A stretch of 35,330 nucleotides of DNA, from NCBI GenBank assembly GCA_044342325.1, contig JBIIPZ010000032.1, forward strand, positions 1-35,330, given 5' to 3'. The translations under genes and the position numbers were made by a program. This document shows, in pieces, positions 19,084 to 28,635 of this stretch. The notes below the pieces were generated by a model, which ran no database searches, was not told where the DNA came from, and saw only the letters and a list, made by a program, of their open reading frames with translations. Position 1 is the stretch's first letter. Every line of letters begins with the position of its first letter. The stretch is from Terrimicrobiaceae bacterium (lineage in GTDB: Bacteria > Verrucomicrobiota > Verrucomicrobiia > Chthoniobacterales > Terrimicrobiaceae).

Positions 19084-20502
19084 ATGTCCAACCCGACAGC
19101 TACAGCCGAACACAACGAGCCCCTCACGGCGGAGGATAAACAGCTCGTCCGTCCACCGCTCGTCCTGAATGAGCGCACCATGGGCTGGATCAGCACCTAC
19201 ATCAGCTCGATCGTCGAAGGGAAAACTCCCACTTGGTGGTATGTCTCCATGGGATTCACCATCCCGCTCACTCTCGTTTGCTTGGCACTCCTCGCCTACC
19301 TTATTTCCACAGGTGTAGGCGTTTGGGGAAACAACCACCCCGTAGGCTGGGCGTGGGATATCACAAACTTCGTGTTCTGGATCGGTATCGGCCACGCCGG
19401 AACGCTTATCTCGGCGATTCTCTTCCTGACCCGCCAAAAGTGGCGCACCTCGATCAATCGCGCTGCCGAGGCGATGACTTTATTCGCAGTGGTCTGCGCC
19501 GGCATCTATCCTGCATTGCATGTGGGCCGCGTCTGGATGGCTTGGTGGCTAGCTCCAGTGCCCAATGCCAATGCGATCTGGCAAAACTTCCGCTCTCCGC
19601 TCTTGTGGGACGTGTTTGCGGTGTCCACCTATTTCACCGTTTCCGTTCTCTTTTGGTATACAGGCCTCATTCCCGATCTTGCAACTCTGCGTGATCGCTG
19701 CAAGACCAAGATTCGCAAGTTCATCTACGGCGTGCTCGCCCTCGGATGGCGCGGCGGCAACCGCCAGTGGCGCCACTACGAAATGGCCTATCTTATTCTC
19801 GCTGGCCTCTCAACTCCGCTCGTGCTTTCCGTGCACTCGGTCGTGTCCTTTGACTTCGCGACCTCCGTGGTTCCAGGCTGGCATACGACGATCTTCCCTC
19901 CATACTTCGTAGCCGGTGCGATTTTCGGTGGATTTGCGATGGTGCTCACCATCATGATCCCGGCTTGCGCGATCTACAAACCACTCCACGACCTGGTGAC
20001 CGTGAACCATGTGGACAAGATGTGCAAAATCATCCTGCTTACGGGTTCGATCGTCGGTTATGCCTATCTCATGGAGCTCTTCATCGCATGGTATGGAGCC
20101 AATCCCTACGAGCGCGCCGCTTTCTGGTATCGTGCCTTCGGTCCCTACTGGTGGGCTTACTGGGCCATGATGTTCTGTAACGTCATTTCTCCACAGTTCT
20201 TCTGGTTCAAATATTTCCGCACACACCTCGTCTGGGTCTGGATTATCGTTCAATTCCCGAACGCCGGCATGTGGTTTGAGCGCTTTGTGATCATCGCCAC
20301 CACCTTGGCCCGCGATTTCACACCATCTGCATGGGGAATGTTCCATCCAACTTGGGTTGATATCTGCACTTTCATCGGAACCTTCGGTCTCTTCGGAACC
20401 TTATTCCTGCTCTTCATCCGATTCCTTCCCATGATCTGTATGTTCGAAGTTAAAGCAGTTCTGCCAGAAGCAGATCCGCACCACGGGGAGGCTCATCACT
20501 AA
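19084..20502 (+). CDS. actC: Alternative complex III subunit ActC (NrfD/PsrC family quinol-binding membrane subunit)
   Basis: [56 protein letters not shown]. Confidence 0.94.
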   Translation: MSNPTATAEHNEPLTAEDKQLVRPPLVLNERTMGWISTYISSIVEGKTPTWWYVSMGFTIPLTLVCLALLAYLISTGVGVWGNNHPVGWAWDITNFVFWIGIGHAGTLISAILFLTRQKWRTSINRAAEAMTLFAVVCAGIYPALHVGRVWMAWWLAPVPNANAIWQNFRSPLLWDVFAVSTYFTVSVLFWYTGLIPDLATLRDRCKTKIRKFIYGVLALGWRGGNRQWRHYEMAYLILAGLSTPLVLSVHSVVSFDFATSVVPGWHTTIFPPYFVAGAIFGGFAMVLTIMIPACAIYKPLHDLVTVNHVDKMCKIILLTGSIVGYAYLMELFIAWYGANPYERAAFWYRAFGPYWWAYWAMMFCNVISPQFFWFKYFRTHLVWVWIIVQFPNAGMWFERFVIIATTLARDFTPSAWGMFHPTWVDICTFIGTFGLFGTLFLLFIRFLPMICMFEVKAVLPEADPHHGEAHH

Positions 20503-21062
20503 TGAACGCTGTCGGCAACACATCCGCTCCAGTCTACGGCATCGCGGCCGAATTTCAATGCGCCCGCGACCTTTACAAAGCCGCTGAAAAAATCCGCGAC
20601 GCTGGATTTCAAAAATGGGATGTCTTTTCCCCATTCCCAATCCATGGCATGGACGAAGCCATGGGCATGAAACGCTCGATCCTCGGAAAACTCGTTTTCA
20701 TTGGGGGTCTGACCGGCTTTCTCACGGCTGTGACCCTAGAATTCGGCACTTCCTCGTTCCTCTACCCGCTTATCGTTGCTGGGAAACCCACGAATCTCTA
20801 CACTGTTCCGGCTTTCTTTCCGATCATGTTTGAGTTGACCATTCTGCTCTCCGCATTCACAGCGGTCTTTGGAATGCTCATCCTCAACGGTTTGCCGCGC
20901 CTCAACCACCAACTTTTCAACTGGGACCGCTTCAAACTCGTCACCGAAGACAAATTCTTCGTGGCCATCGAAGCCAATGACCCAAAATTCTCATCCCGCT
21001 CGGTCAGCGACTTTCTGGACTCCCTCGGCGGAACCAACATCACCACCATCCACGGCGACTAG
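20502..21062 (+). CDS. actD: Alternative complex III subunit ActD (DUF3341)
   Basis: DVFSPFPIHGMDEAMG, YPLIVAGKP, PAFFPIMFELTIL. Confidence 0.9.
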   Translation: MNAVGNTSAPVYGIAAEFQCARDLYKAAEKIRDAGFQKWDVFSPFPIHGMDEAMGMKRSILGKLVFIGGLTGFLTAVTLEFGTSSFLYPLIVAGKPTNLYTVPAFFPIMFELTILLSAFTAVFGMLILNGLPRLNHQLFNWDRFKLVTEDKFFVAIEANDPKFSSRSVSDFLDSLGGTNITTIHGD

Positions 21063-21068
21063 ACGATC

Positions 21069-21764
21069 ATGCTGAAATACTTCTTCTACACTTTCGTTTT
21101 GCTGATTGTGCTCGTGGTGAGCGTAGCCGGTTTCCGTGGTCAAAAATCCACCAAGCCGCCGTTTGAGATTTTTCCGGACATGGATCATCAGCCAAAGGTC
21201 AAGGCGCAGACTCCAAGCAGCTTTTACGCTGACGGCCGGGCAAACCGCGAACCCATCGCAGGAACAGTCCCACTCGGCTACGCCATGCCGCAGCACAAGC
21301 CAGTCGCTGGTTCAACCGGCGAATCAGAGAGTCCTTACAAACAGGTTAAATTTTCGTCTGGCGTATCCTACTTTGATACTGGTCGCTTCGATAACAAGTG
21401 GGGCACCGGTATGCCAATGGAAGTGACGCCAGAATTCATCGCTCGCGGCCAAGAACGCTACGCAATCTCTTGCAAAGTGTGTCACGGAGCCACAGGCGAA
21501 GGAAACGGTATCGCTGGCAAATACGGTCTCGTCGCCATCGCCAATCTGAACCAACAACGCATTCGTGATATGGCGGATGGTGAAATTTTTAACACGATCA
21601 CCCACGGCAAGAATACCATGATGGGTTACGGCGACCGCATTCAAGTGCAAGACCGTTGGGCCATCATCGCCTACATGCGTGCACTTCAGAAATCCCAAGG
21701 CGGTGCGACGATCAATGATGTTCCAGCCACCGAACGGGCAAAATTAGAATCGCAGACAAAATGA
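21069..21764 (+). CDS. actE: Alternative complex III subunit ActE, monoheme cytochrome c
   Basis: FPDMDHQPK, GQERYAISCKVCHG, DGEIFNTITHG..MMGY, DRWAIIAY. Confidence 0.9.
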   Translation: MLKYFFYTFVLLIVLVVSVAGFRGQKSTKPPFEIFPDMDHQPKVKAQTPSSFYADGRANREPIAGTVPLGYAMPQHKPVAGSTGESESPYKQVKFSSGVSYFDTGRFDNKWGTGMPMEVTPEFIARGQERYAISCKVCHGATGEGNGIAGKYGLVAIANLNQQRIRDMADGEIFNTITHGKNTMMGYGDRIQVQDRWAIIAYMRALQKSQGGATINDVPATERAKLESQTK

Positions 21765-22957
21765 GCGGACACGAACCATCACAACCCGGCAGCCATACCT
21801 TCGACTATAAGCATGTCGGCGGTCGTTTTCTCGGTCTCGTAGCCCTCGCGCTCGTCGCCTTTGGTGCAGTCGCCTTCGGAGCTTTCACCGAGACCAAACA
21901 GTTTGCCTTCTCTTACCTCTTCGCCTTCACATTCTTCCTCACCATTTGCATGGGTGGTCTGTTCTGGACCCTCGTTCACCATGCGGTGGATGCCGAATGG
22001 AGCGTGGTGGTTCGTCGCCAGATGGAAAACATTGGCAGTTTATTGGTTGTCATGGGAATTCTTTTCATCCCATTGATCTTCGTGGCCCCGAAACTTTGGT
22101 ATTGGATGACAAAACTCCCCGGCCAAGACATCCTTCTCGATGAGAAATGGCCGTATCTTACCAAAGAGTTCTTCTGGATTCGCGCTGTTTTTTACTTCGT
22201 ATTCTTCGCAGTGGCCAGCCTCTGGCTCCGCAGAAATTCTATCAAACAAGACACTTCTGGGTCTGCTAAATACACGCTCTTGAACCGCAAGATCACATTC
22301 GGAAGCCTCCCGCTCTTCGCAGTGTGCCTCACCTTTGCCGCCATCGATTGGCTCATGGGCCTCGACTACCACTGGTTCTCGACCATGTGGGGCGTTTACA
22401 TCTTCGCTGGCACCGCTCTGAGCAGCCTCTGCGTTTTGGTTCTGATCATTACCGCCCTGCGCAATGCTGGTTACTTTAAAAATGTCATCACCATCGAGCA
22501 TTACCATATCATGGGAAAGCTCATGCTGGCGTTCACGATCTTCTGGGCCTACATTGGCTTTAGCCAATACATGCTCATCTGGTATGCAAACATCCCAGAG
22601 GAAACCACCTACTTCCTGCGTCGCAACACGGAGACATGGCAAATTCTCAGCACAGCACTCGTCGTGGGACACTTCTTTGTCCCCTTCTTGCTCCTCCTCT
22701 CAAATATGGGCAAAAAGAGCCCTGCGTTCCTCTGCGGTATGGCACTGTGGATTCTCGCCATGCACATGCTTGACATCTATGTCGTTGTCCTCCCTGCACT
22801 TCACAAAGCGGGCGTTCAACTCAGTTGGCTCGACTTCGCCTGCCTCGTAGCCATCGGTTGCACCCTCGCGGCGACATTCCTCAAACGCCTCGGCGACGCA
22901 CCGCTCTGGCCGCTGCGTGACCCACGCCTCAAAAATTCCATCGCTCTCAAAAACTGA
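21761..22957 (+). CDS. actF: Alternative complex III subunit ActF
   Basis: WSVVVRRQME, DWLMGLDYHWFSTMWG, FSQYMLIWYANIPEET; multi-TM ActC paralog. Confidence 0.9.
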   Translation: MSGHEPSQPGSHTFDYKHVGGRFLGLVALALVAFGAVAFGAFTETKQFAFSYLFAFTFFLTICMGGLFWTLVHHAVDAEWSVVVRRQMENIGSLLVVMGILFIPLIFVAPKLWYWMTKLPGQDILLDEKWPYLTKEFFWIRAVFYFVFFAVASLWLRRNSIKQDTSGSAKYTLLNRKITFGSLPLFAVCLTFAAIDWLMGLDYHWFSTMWGVYIFAGTALSSLCVLVLIITALRNAGYFKNVITIEHYHIMGKLMLAFTIFWAYIGFSQYMLIWYANIPEETTYFLRRNTETWQILSTALVVGHFFVPFLLLLSNMGKKSPAFLCGMALWILAMHMLDIYVVVLPALHKAGVQLSWLDFACLVAIGCTLAATFLKRLGDAPLWPLRDPRLKNSIALKN

Positions 22958-23475
22958 TGCAATCCGCCACCACTCATCACGAAAATTCCGCCGGACAGAA
23001 AAAACCTGTCTTTTGGATTTTTGTTGCTGCCCTGATCGGCCTCGGCCTTTTCTTTGGCATGAATTCACTTTTCCTCGGGAAATCTAATTCCACACTTGAT
23101 CCCGAAGACCCGGCCCGCGATGCGGAGCGTGTGAAAAACCTCGCAGACCTCAAAGCGGAGAACGAGATCAAGCTCAATACTTACGCTTGGATCGATCAAC
23201 CCAAGGGATCTATCCAGATTCCGATTGCCGAGGCCATGACACTCGTTATTGCAGACTTGAATGCCAAAAAACCAGCGGCAGCCTACCCCGTTCTGGATTC
23301 TACTGGAAACCCCCTTCCAGCCTCCACGCCCGCATCCAGCCCCGCAGCGGACTCAGCTGACAATCTTCCAAGCGAGCCGACTGCCGCAAGCCAGACCTCA
23401 TCGAATGTCTTGGCCGCTCCCGTCGAGTCCAGCTCCTCCAAACCGGCCAAAACCAAAAAACAAGCCAACCAATGA
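22957..23475 (+). CDS. ActG-like single-TM accessory subunit with low-complexity tail
   Basis: One TM followed by LNTYAWID...IQIPIAEAM, resembling the ActG-type motif; position directly after actF. Confidence 0.6.
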   Translation: MQSATTHHENSAGQKKPVFWIFVAALIGLGLFFGMNSLFLGKSNSTLDPEDPARDAERVKNLADLKAENEIKLNTYAWIDQPKGSIQIPIAEAMTLVIADLNAKKPAAAYPVLDSTGNPLPASTPASSPAADSADNLPSEPTAASQTSSNVLAAPVESSSSKPAKTKKQANQ

Positions 23476-24932
23476 GTAACGACCAGTCCAGCCAGCCGGA
23501 CACTCTTAATAGCGCAGAACGCGCGACCATCGACGCCTCGGTCGCCGCTCCGGTGATTCTCTTTTTCGGCTCAGCCATCTTCTGGTTGCTCTTCGGCTCC
23601 GTTTTTGAACTGATCAGCGCCATCAAACTCGTATGGCCCTGTTTCCTCGATGGATGCGCGCTCCTCACCTACGGCCGCACAAGCGTTGTCTCCGTGAATG
23701 CGCTGGCTTTCGGCTGGGCCACACCCGCTGCGATCGGTATCGGTCTCTGGCTCACCGCGCGTCTCTGCCGTGTGGAGCTCGCTCGCTACAAGAGCCTTCT
23801 GGCCGCAGGAATCATTTGGAACATCGGCACATTTGTCGGAGTAGCAGGCATATTTGTTGGTGACAACACCTCGATCTCGCACCTCAATTTCCCAGGCTAC
23901 TCGACCCACATCCTCTTGTTGGCCTTTATTTTGATCGCCGTCTGGGCCATTGTTACTTTCAACCACCGCAAGTCCGGACCGCTCTATGTCTCCCAGTGGT
24001 TCTTGGTGGCTGGGTTCTTCTCTTTCCCCTGGCTTTACGCCACGGCCAGCCAACTTCTCGTCTGGAACCCTATCCAAGCCAGCGCCCAACCCGCCATCGC
24101 CGCTTGGTTCGCCGGTGGCTTCTTCAACCTCTGGCTCGCACCCATGGGATTGGCGGCTGCATTTTATCTCATACCGAAAGCCGTCGGTCGCCCAATTAAT
24201 AGCAATCACCTCAGCCTTGTCGCCTTCTGGTCACTTCTTCTCTTTGGTGCATGGTCGGGAACCAGCCGCCTGATTGGTGGTCCTCTTCCCGCTTGGATGG
24301 TTAGCGTGGGAGTTGCGGCCAGTGTCATGCTGATTATTCCAGCGCTTGCCGTCGCCTTGAATCTCCATTTCACCCTTGATGGCCATTATGCGGCCATGAG
24401 TTGGAGTCCGGCGCTTCGATTCACCATTACTGGCGTTTCGATGCTCGTTTTCACTTGGGTCTTTACCGCCATCAACTCCTTGCCCGCCGTAAGCTCTGTG
24501 ACAAACTTCTCGGACATCACGCGCGCCCTGAACTTGCTCGGCTACTACGGGTTCTTCAGTATGACCGCATTTGGCGCGATCTATTACATCCTCCCGCGCC
24601 TCACAGGCAAGGAATGGCCTTCATCCTGCCTCATATCGTGGCATTTCTGGTTGGCCACGGTTGGTGTCCTCCTCGCCGTCTCCGTTCTCATTCTCGGTGG
24701 CCTCATACAAGGCTTTGCTCTCCAAGATATCGGTGTCACATTCCGCAGCTCCATGGAGTTCGCTTATCCATTTAGGTTGCTAGCCGCATTGGCTGCCTTG
24801 CTGATTGTCGGGGCAAACCTCGCCTTCGCCCTCGCCTTCGCCTGGCTCCATTGGTCGCTCCGTCGCTCCGGCACGGTCCCAGCGCTCATCGCTTTGCGCG
24901 AAGAAAATTCCCAAGAGCCCGTCGCGGTATGA
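23472..24932 (+). CDS. cbb3-type oxidase subunit I (CcoN) homolog lacking all metal ligands (predicted non-catalytic)
   Basis: CcoN scaffold motifs kept (TYGR, LYVSQWF, YLIPK..GRPINS..LS..FW, YYILPRL, HFWLATVG), but all six His ligand positions are substituted. Confidence 0.85.
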   Translation: MSNDQSSQPDTLNSAERATIDASVAAPVILFFGSAIFWLLFGSVFELISAIKLVWPCFLDGCALLTYGRTSVVSVNALAFGWATPAAIGIGLWLTARLCRVELARYKSLLAAGIIWNIGTFVGVAGIFVGDNTSISHLNFPGYSTHILLLAFILIAVWAIVTFNHRKSGPLYVSQWFLVAGFFSFPWLYATASQLLVWNPIQASAQPAIAAWFAGGFFNLWLAPMGLAAAFYLIPKAVGRPINSNHLSLVAFWSLLLFGAWSGTSRLIGGPLPAWMVSVGVAASVMLIIPALAVALNLHFTLDGHYAAMSWSPALRFTITGVSMLVFTWVFTAINSLPAVSSVTNFSDITRALNLLGYYGFFSMTAFGAIYYILPRLTGKEWPSSCLISWHFWLATVGVLLAVSVLILGGLIQGFALQDIGVTFRSSMEFAYPFRLLAALAALLIVGANLAFALAFAWLHWSLRRSGTVPALIALREENSQEPVAV

Positions 24933-25558
24933 ACAAACTCACACTTCTTTTCACAGGCATTTTTCTCACATTTGGCTCCGCATGGGTCGGTCTCGTTGCT
25001 TACCCAGTGGCCAACCTCAGCAACATGCAGCCTCTTCCCAACGAGGAGACGGGTGGAGTCAATCCGCCGACGCAATCAGGCTTGGCTGTGGCTGGACAAA
25101 AAGTCTACGCTGCCAATGGTTGCATGGAGTGCCACACCCAGCAGGTGCGCCCTGATCCCCTTACGACAGATATAGCAAAACAACTTGGCAAACGCCAAAC
25201 CGTGCCGCGTGATGAAATCCGCGAGCATACGGCACTCCTCGGCGAGTATCGCATCGGCCAAGACCTCTCAAATTACGGCGCACGGCAGACAGATGCGGCG
25301 GCGATTCACCGTCACCTCTATTCACCCAAGAGCGTAACCCCATGGTCGAACATGCCATCTTACAGCTACCTCTACGAATACCGCAAAATTGTGAGTCAGC
25401 CTTCGGCTAGCGCCATCCAAGGTCTCACAGGCTCCCGCGCCCCGAAGCCCGGATATGAAGTTGTTCCGACACAGCAGGCCGAAGCCCTTGTCGCCTACCT
25501 GCTATCCCTGAACCAAAATTACCCGCTGCCGGAATCCCCGGAGCCCACCGCCAAGTAA
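24929..25558 (+). CDS. ccoO: cbb3-type oxidase subunit II (CcoO)-like monoheme cytochrome c
   Basis: N-terminal TM, GQKVYAANGCMECHTQQVRP, RIGQDLS, HLYSP, SNMPSY. ATG 24929 overlaps previous stop. Confidence 0.85.
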   Translation: MNKLTLLFTGIFLTFGSAWVGLVAYPVANLSNMQPLPNEETGGVNPPTQSGLAVAGQKVYAANGCMECHTQQVRPDPLTTDIAKQLGKRQTVPRDEIREHTALLGEYRIGQDLSNYGARQTDAAAIHRHLYSPKSVTPWSNMPSYSYLYEYRKIVSQPSASAIQGLTGSRAPKPGYEVVPTQQAEALVAYLLSLNQNYPLPESPEPTAK

Positions 25559-25562
25559 CACC

Positions 25563-26285
25563 GTGACTTCTCATACGCCATCGAACGAGCCACCAAACGG
25601 CGAAAGCCCGGAACCTAACGCTCCCGTCCTCCGTGAAGGACCTGAGCCATCGGAAAAACGCGCCCCGGTGCCCTTCTGGCTGATTATCCTCGCCGCCGTC
25701 ATCATCTTCTGGGCCGGTATCCACTTGGCTCTGAATAGCGGTGGCTTCCGCGCCGATGTCTACAATCCCTCGCTCGTTTCCTGGAGCGGCGGGGGAAGCG
25801 GCGGTCCAGCTGTCGCGCCCGATCCCAAAGTGATCGGCAAACGCCTCTACAGCCAAAATTGTGCCGTCTGCCACCAAGGCTCCGGCATGGGCGTCGCCGG
25901 ACAATTCCCGCCCCTCGTAGCCAGCGAATGGGTCGTCGGCGGAGCTTGGGTGGGTGATAACCATCTCGTCAAAATTCTGCTTGCCGGCATGCAAGGGCCA
26001 ATACAAGTGAAGGGCAATACCTACAACAACGCCATGCCACCCTGGTCGCAGCTCAAAGACGACCAGATCGCAGCGATCCTTACCTACATCCGCTCCGAGT
26101 GGGGCAATGCAGCTGCGCCGATCACGGCCGACTATGTCAAGACAGTCCGCGCCGCCAGTGGCGACCGCAAAGATCCTTGGACACAAAAAGAACTTAAAGC
26201 TATTCCCGCAGAGACAATTCCCGCAGGAGGTGCCGCCCCTGCTGCACCCGCCGCCCCGGCCCCTGCCGCACCGCCCGCCGCCTGA
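25563..26285 (+). CDS. Membrane-anchored class I cytochrome c
   Basis: TM then GKRLYSQNCAVCHQGSG.G..GQFPPL, YNNAMPPW, IAAILTYIRSEWGN; Ala/Pro tail. Confidence 0.88.
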   Translation: MTSHTPSNEPPNGESPEPNAPVLREGPEPSEKRAPVPFWLIILAAVIIFWAGIHLALNSGGFRADVYNPSLVSWSGGGSGGPAVAPDPKVIGKRLYSQNCAVCHQGSGMGVAGQFPPLVASEWVVGGAWVGDNHLVKILLAGMQGPIQVKGNTYNNAMPPWSQLKDDQIAAILTYIRSEWGNAAAPITADYVKTVRAASGDRKDPWTQKELKAIPAETIPAGGAAPAAPAAPAPAAPPAA

Positions 26286-26297
26286 TTTGACCCGACT

Positions 26298-27131
26298 ATG
26301 AACTTCCTGCTGCGAATCCTTTCCATCACCGCATTTCTTCTCGTAGGCGGCAGCATCTCTGCCCAAGCCGAGCAACGCACCTCGAACCTCTACTGGGCTC
26401 CGCCAAATATCACAGTCGGTGGAGAAAAAATCGACATGCTGCTCAATTTTATCTTTGTTCTGACGCTTGTTGTATTTGTTTTAACTCAAGGACTTTATAT
26501 TATCTATCTGGTTCGATACCGCCGCCGTCCCGGACATAAGGCCCACTACAGCCACGGCAATAACACCCTCGAATTCTGGTGGACCATCATTCCAACCGCT
26601 GTCTTCTTGCTCTTGGCCGTCTGGTCTAACCGCATCTGGTTCGAACTCACCGAGTCACCCATCGCACCGGATGCCATTACCGTAGACATCGTAAGCTACC
26701 AGTATGGTTGGGATTTGCGCTATGCAGGAGCTGATGGCCAACTCGGTGAAGGCGATGTGAAGCGCTTCAGCATCGAAAACAAATTCGGCGTCGATCCCGC
26801 AGACCCCGCCGGCAAAGACGATTTCACTTCCACCGAGCTCGTCATCCCGGTAGGCAAACCGATCCATGTCCTCCTCCGCTCCCGCGATGTGATCCACTCG
26901 TTCTACGTCCCATCCTTCCGCCTCTACCAAGACGCAGTCCCTGGCCGCACCATCAAGTGGATGCAATTCACCACCACCCGCACGGCGGAACTCGAACTCG
27001 CCTGCAGCCAACTCTGCGGCACCGGCCACTACAACATGAAGGCCAAAATCCGCGTCGTCCCCGTCGAGGAATACGAAAAATGGTATGCCGGCAAAGCCGC
27101 CGCAGCCAAAGAAGCCGCCGCCGCCCTCTAA
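26298..27131 (+). CDS. coxB: Cytochrome c oxidase subunit II (A-type, CuA)
   Basis: HGNNTLEFWWTIIP, YQYGW, SRDVIHSF, DAVPG, CuA motif CSQLCGTGHYNM. Confidence 0.92.
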   Translation: MNFLLRILSITAFLLVGGSISAQAEQRTSNLYWAPPNITVGGEKIDMLLNFIFVLTLVVFVLTQGLYIIYLVRYRRRPGHKAHYSHGNNTLEFWWTIIPTAVFLLLAVWSNRIWFELTESPIAPDAITVDIVSYQYGWDLRYAGADGQLGEGDVKRFSIENKFGVDPADPAGKDDFTSTELVIPVGKPIHVLLRSRDVIHSFYVPSFRLYQDAVPGRTIKWMQFTTTRTAELELACSQLCGTGHYNMKAKIRVVPVEEYEKWYAGKAAAAKEAAAAL

Positions 27132-27148
27132 ATCTGGGCTTCTAAATC

Positions 27149-27380
27149 TGGGAGGGCCATCCTCCGACATAGCCCGGAACGCCGACGTCCCCGTCGGCCA
27201 GCCGCGTCACAAAAAAGCCCACGCAACACGCGATGTGCCTCCCATGAGCACATCCCCACGCCATCGACCTTGGGAGGGACAACCTCCGGCTTGTCCCAAG
27301 ACTGTATAGCTGGAAAAGCACGCCGCCCCGTTCCTCTGCAGCCACGCCCGCATCCCGGGAACGCCAACGTCTACGTCGGC
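27149..27380. repeat. Second REP cluster: degenerate REP (27149-27175), degenerate REP-B ending 27244, perfect REP-A (27271-27300), plus two GGAAC-GCCGACG-N4-CGTCGGC hairpins (27176-27198, 27358-27380)
   Basis: TGGGAGGGACAACCTCCGGCTTGTCCCAAG identical to the array REP-A. Flanks CTCCCATGAGCAC..CGACCT and CACGCCGCCCCGT match the array spacers. Confidence 0.85.
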
Positions 27381-27609
27381 ATAAGCGGTTCAGCCAATGG
27401 AAATTCTCCCGCCATGAATAACACAAACCTTCACGAATGGAGTGCGGCTTCGCGGCAAAAAGAAAACTCTTCTACACACATTCTGAAGGCCATGTAGGCA
27501 GATTCCGCTTGTTGGCATTATTCGTGTCTATTCGGTAGATTCGTGGTTCACAAATACCCAGCGCTCGGGCATCCGTGAAGGCCTGGCTGCCACCGATCAG
27601 AATTCCTGC

Positions 27610-28635
27610 TCAATAATCCTCCTCCGTCTTTTTCCGGCTTGGATCAGCAGGCGGCGGCGGCGGACGAAGCCCAGACGGCGTTGTGGCGGGTGGCGCAGAA
27701 GCACGCAGTGACCGAACCGCTGTCACAACCCAGCCACGGATGCTTGAAAAATCCGCCAAAACCTTCGCAATCCCAACCATGCCGCCTATGGCCACGGCGA
27801 AAACAAGCAATCCCGCAATAATATGGAACCACGATGGGTCGGTGAGAGGATTTTTCCCAATAGCAAAATCCGGCCCAAACACAATCGTGCCAATCGTGAG
27901 CATAAGAATACGCGCCAGATTTCCTGCAATCGCCAACGGAGCCGAGCAGAGGAAAAGGATCCATTTCTGCCACCAATTTTTCATAGTCATATGGCCATAA
28001 AGCGCGCTGGCCATCATGAGAGCAAAAAGCGACCGAATGCCGGAACAAGGATCCGCCACATCCACCGCAAACTTTTTCCCCGCCGGAATCCCCAACAAGG
28101 GCTCCGGCGCCGAAAGAATACCCGTTCCGCTACGAACAACATCGATACCAATGAAATCCAACGAAAAAACCGCCGCATGCGACATCAGCATGCGTAGTGG
28201 GAAAGTAATCGCTGATTCCAGAAACCCCACCGGCCAAGCAAAAAATAGGAACAATAGCGGGAAGGCAAGGATAGAAAGGGCATTCCAACCAGCAAGCCAA
28301 AGAACCAAAGACGGAGCCGCCACCCACATCGCAAAAATGCCAAGTTGCGTGTTATCAACCCTAAAACCAATGTAATATATAAAAAGACAACAGATAAAAG
28401 CGACCAAGCCAAGCCATTCTCCCTTTGGCTTCACAAGAGATAGTTGCTCATGCACTTGGAAAACCAAAAAACAAAAAAACGGCAGTATAAGCCAGCAATG
28501 CTTCCATTCATCCTGCTTCCAGCCATTTTGCAAAAACCAGCCAAGAGACACTCTCCCATCTCCATAGCCGAAGCTATACGGCATAAGAGCCAAGCAGAGT
28601 TCAACAAAAACAATTAAAACTGTGACCCGCCGCAT
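27610..28635 (-). CDS. Exosortase (EpsH/Xrt family)
   Basis: Multi-TM; catalytic Cys in VADPCSGIRSL, Arg in GNLARI, His in WFHIIAG; Pro-rich tail. Confidence 0.9.
   Translation of the reverse strand: MRRVTVLIVFVELCLALMPYSFGYGDGRVSLGWFLQNGWKQDEWKHCWLILPFFCFLVFQVHEQLSLVKPKGEWLGLVAFICCLFIYYIGFRVDNTQLGIFAMWVAAPSLVLWLAGWNALSILAFPLLFLFFAWPVGFLESAITFPLRMLMSHAAVFSLDFIGIDVVRSGTGILSAPEPLLGIPAGKKFAVDVADPCSGIRSLFALMMASALYGHMTMKNWWQKWILFLCSAPLAIAGNLARILMLTIGTIVFGPDFAIGKNPLTDPSWFHIIAGLLVFAVAIGGMVGIAKVLADFSSIRGWVVTAVRSLRASAPPATTPSGLRPPPPPADPSRKKTEEDY

Noticed and set aside
23472..24932. Calling this a functional ccoN, norB or a pseudogene
   Set aside because: All six His ligands needed by both oxidases and NO reductases are missing, yet the frame is intact and coupled to its neighbours, so neither label fits.
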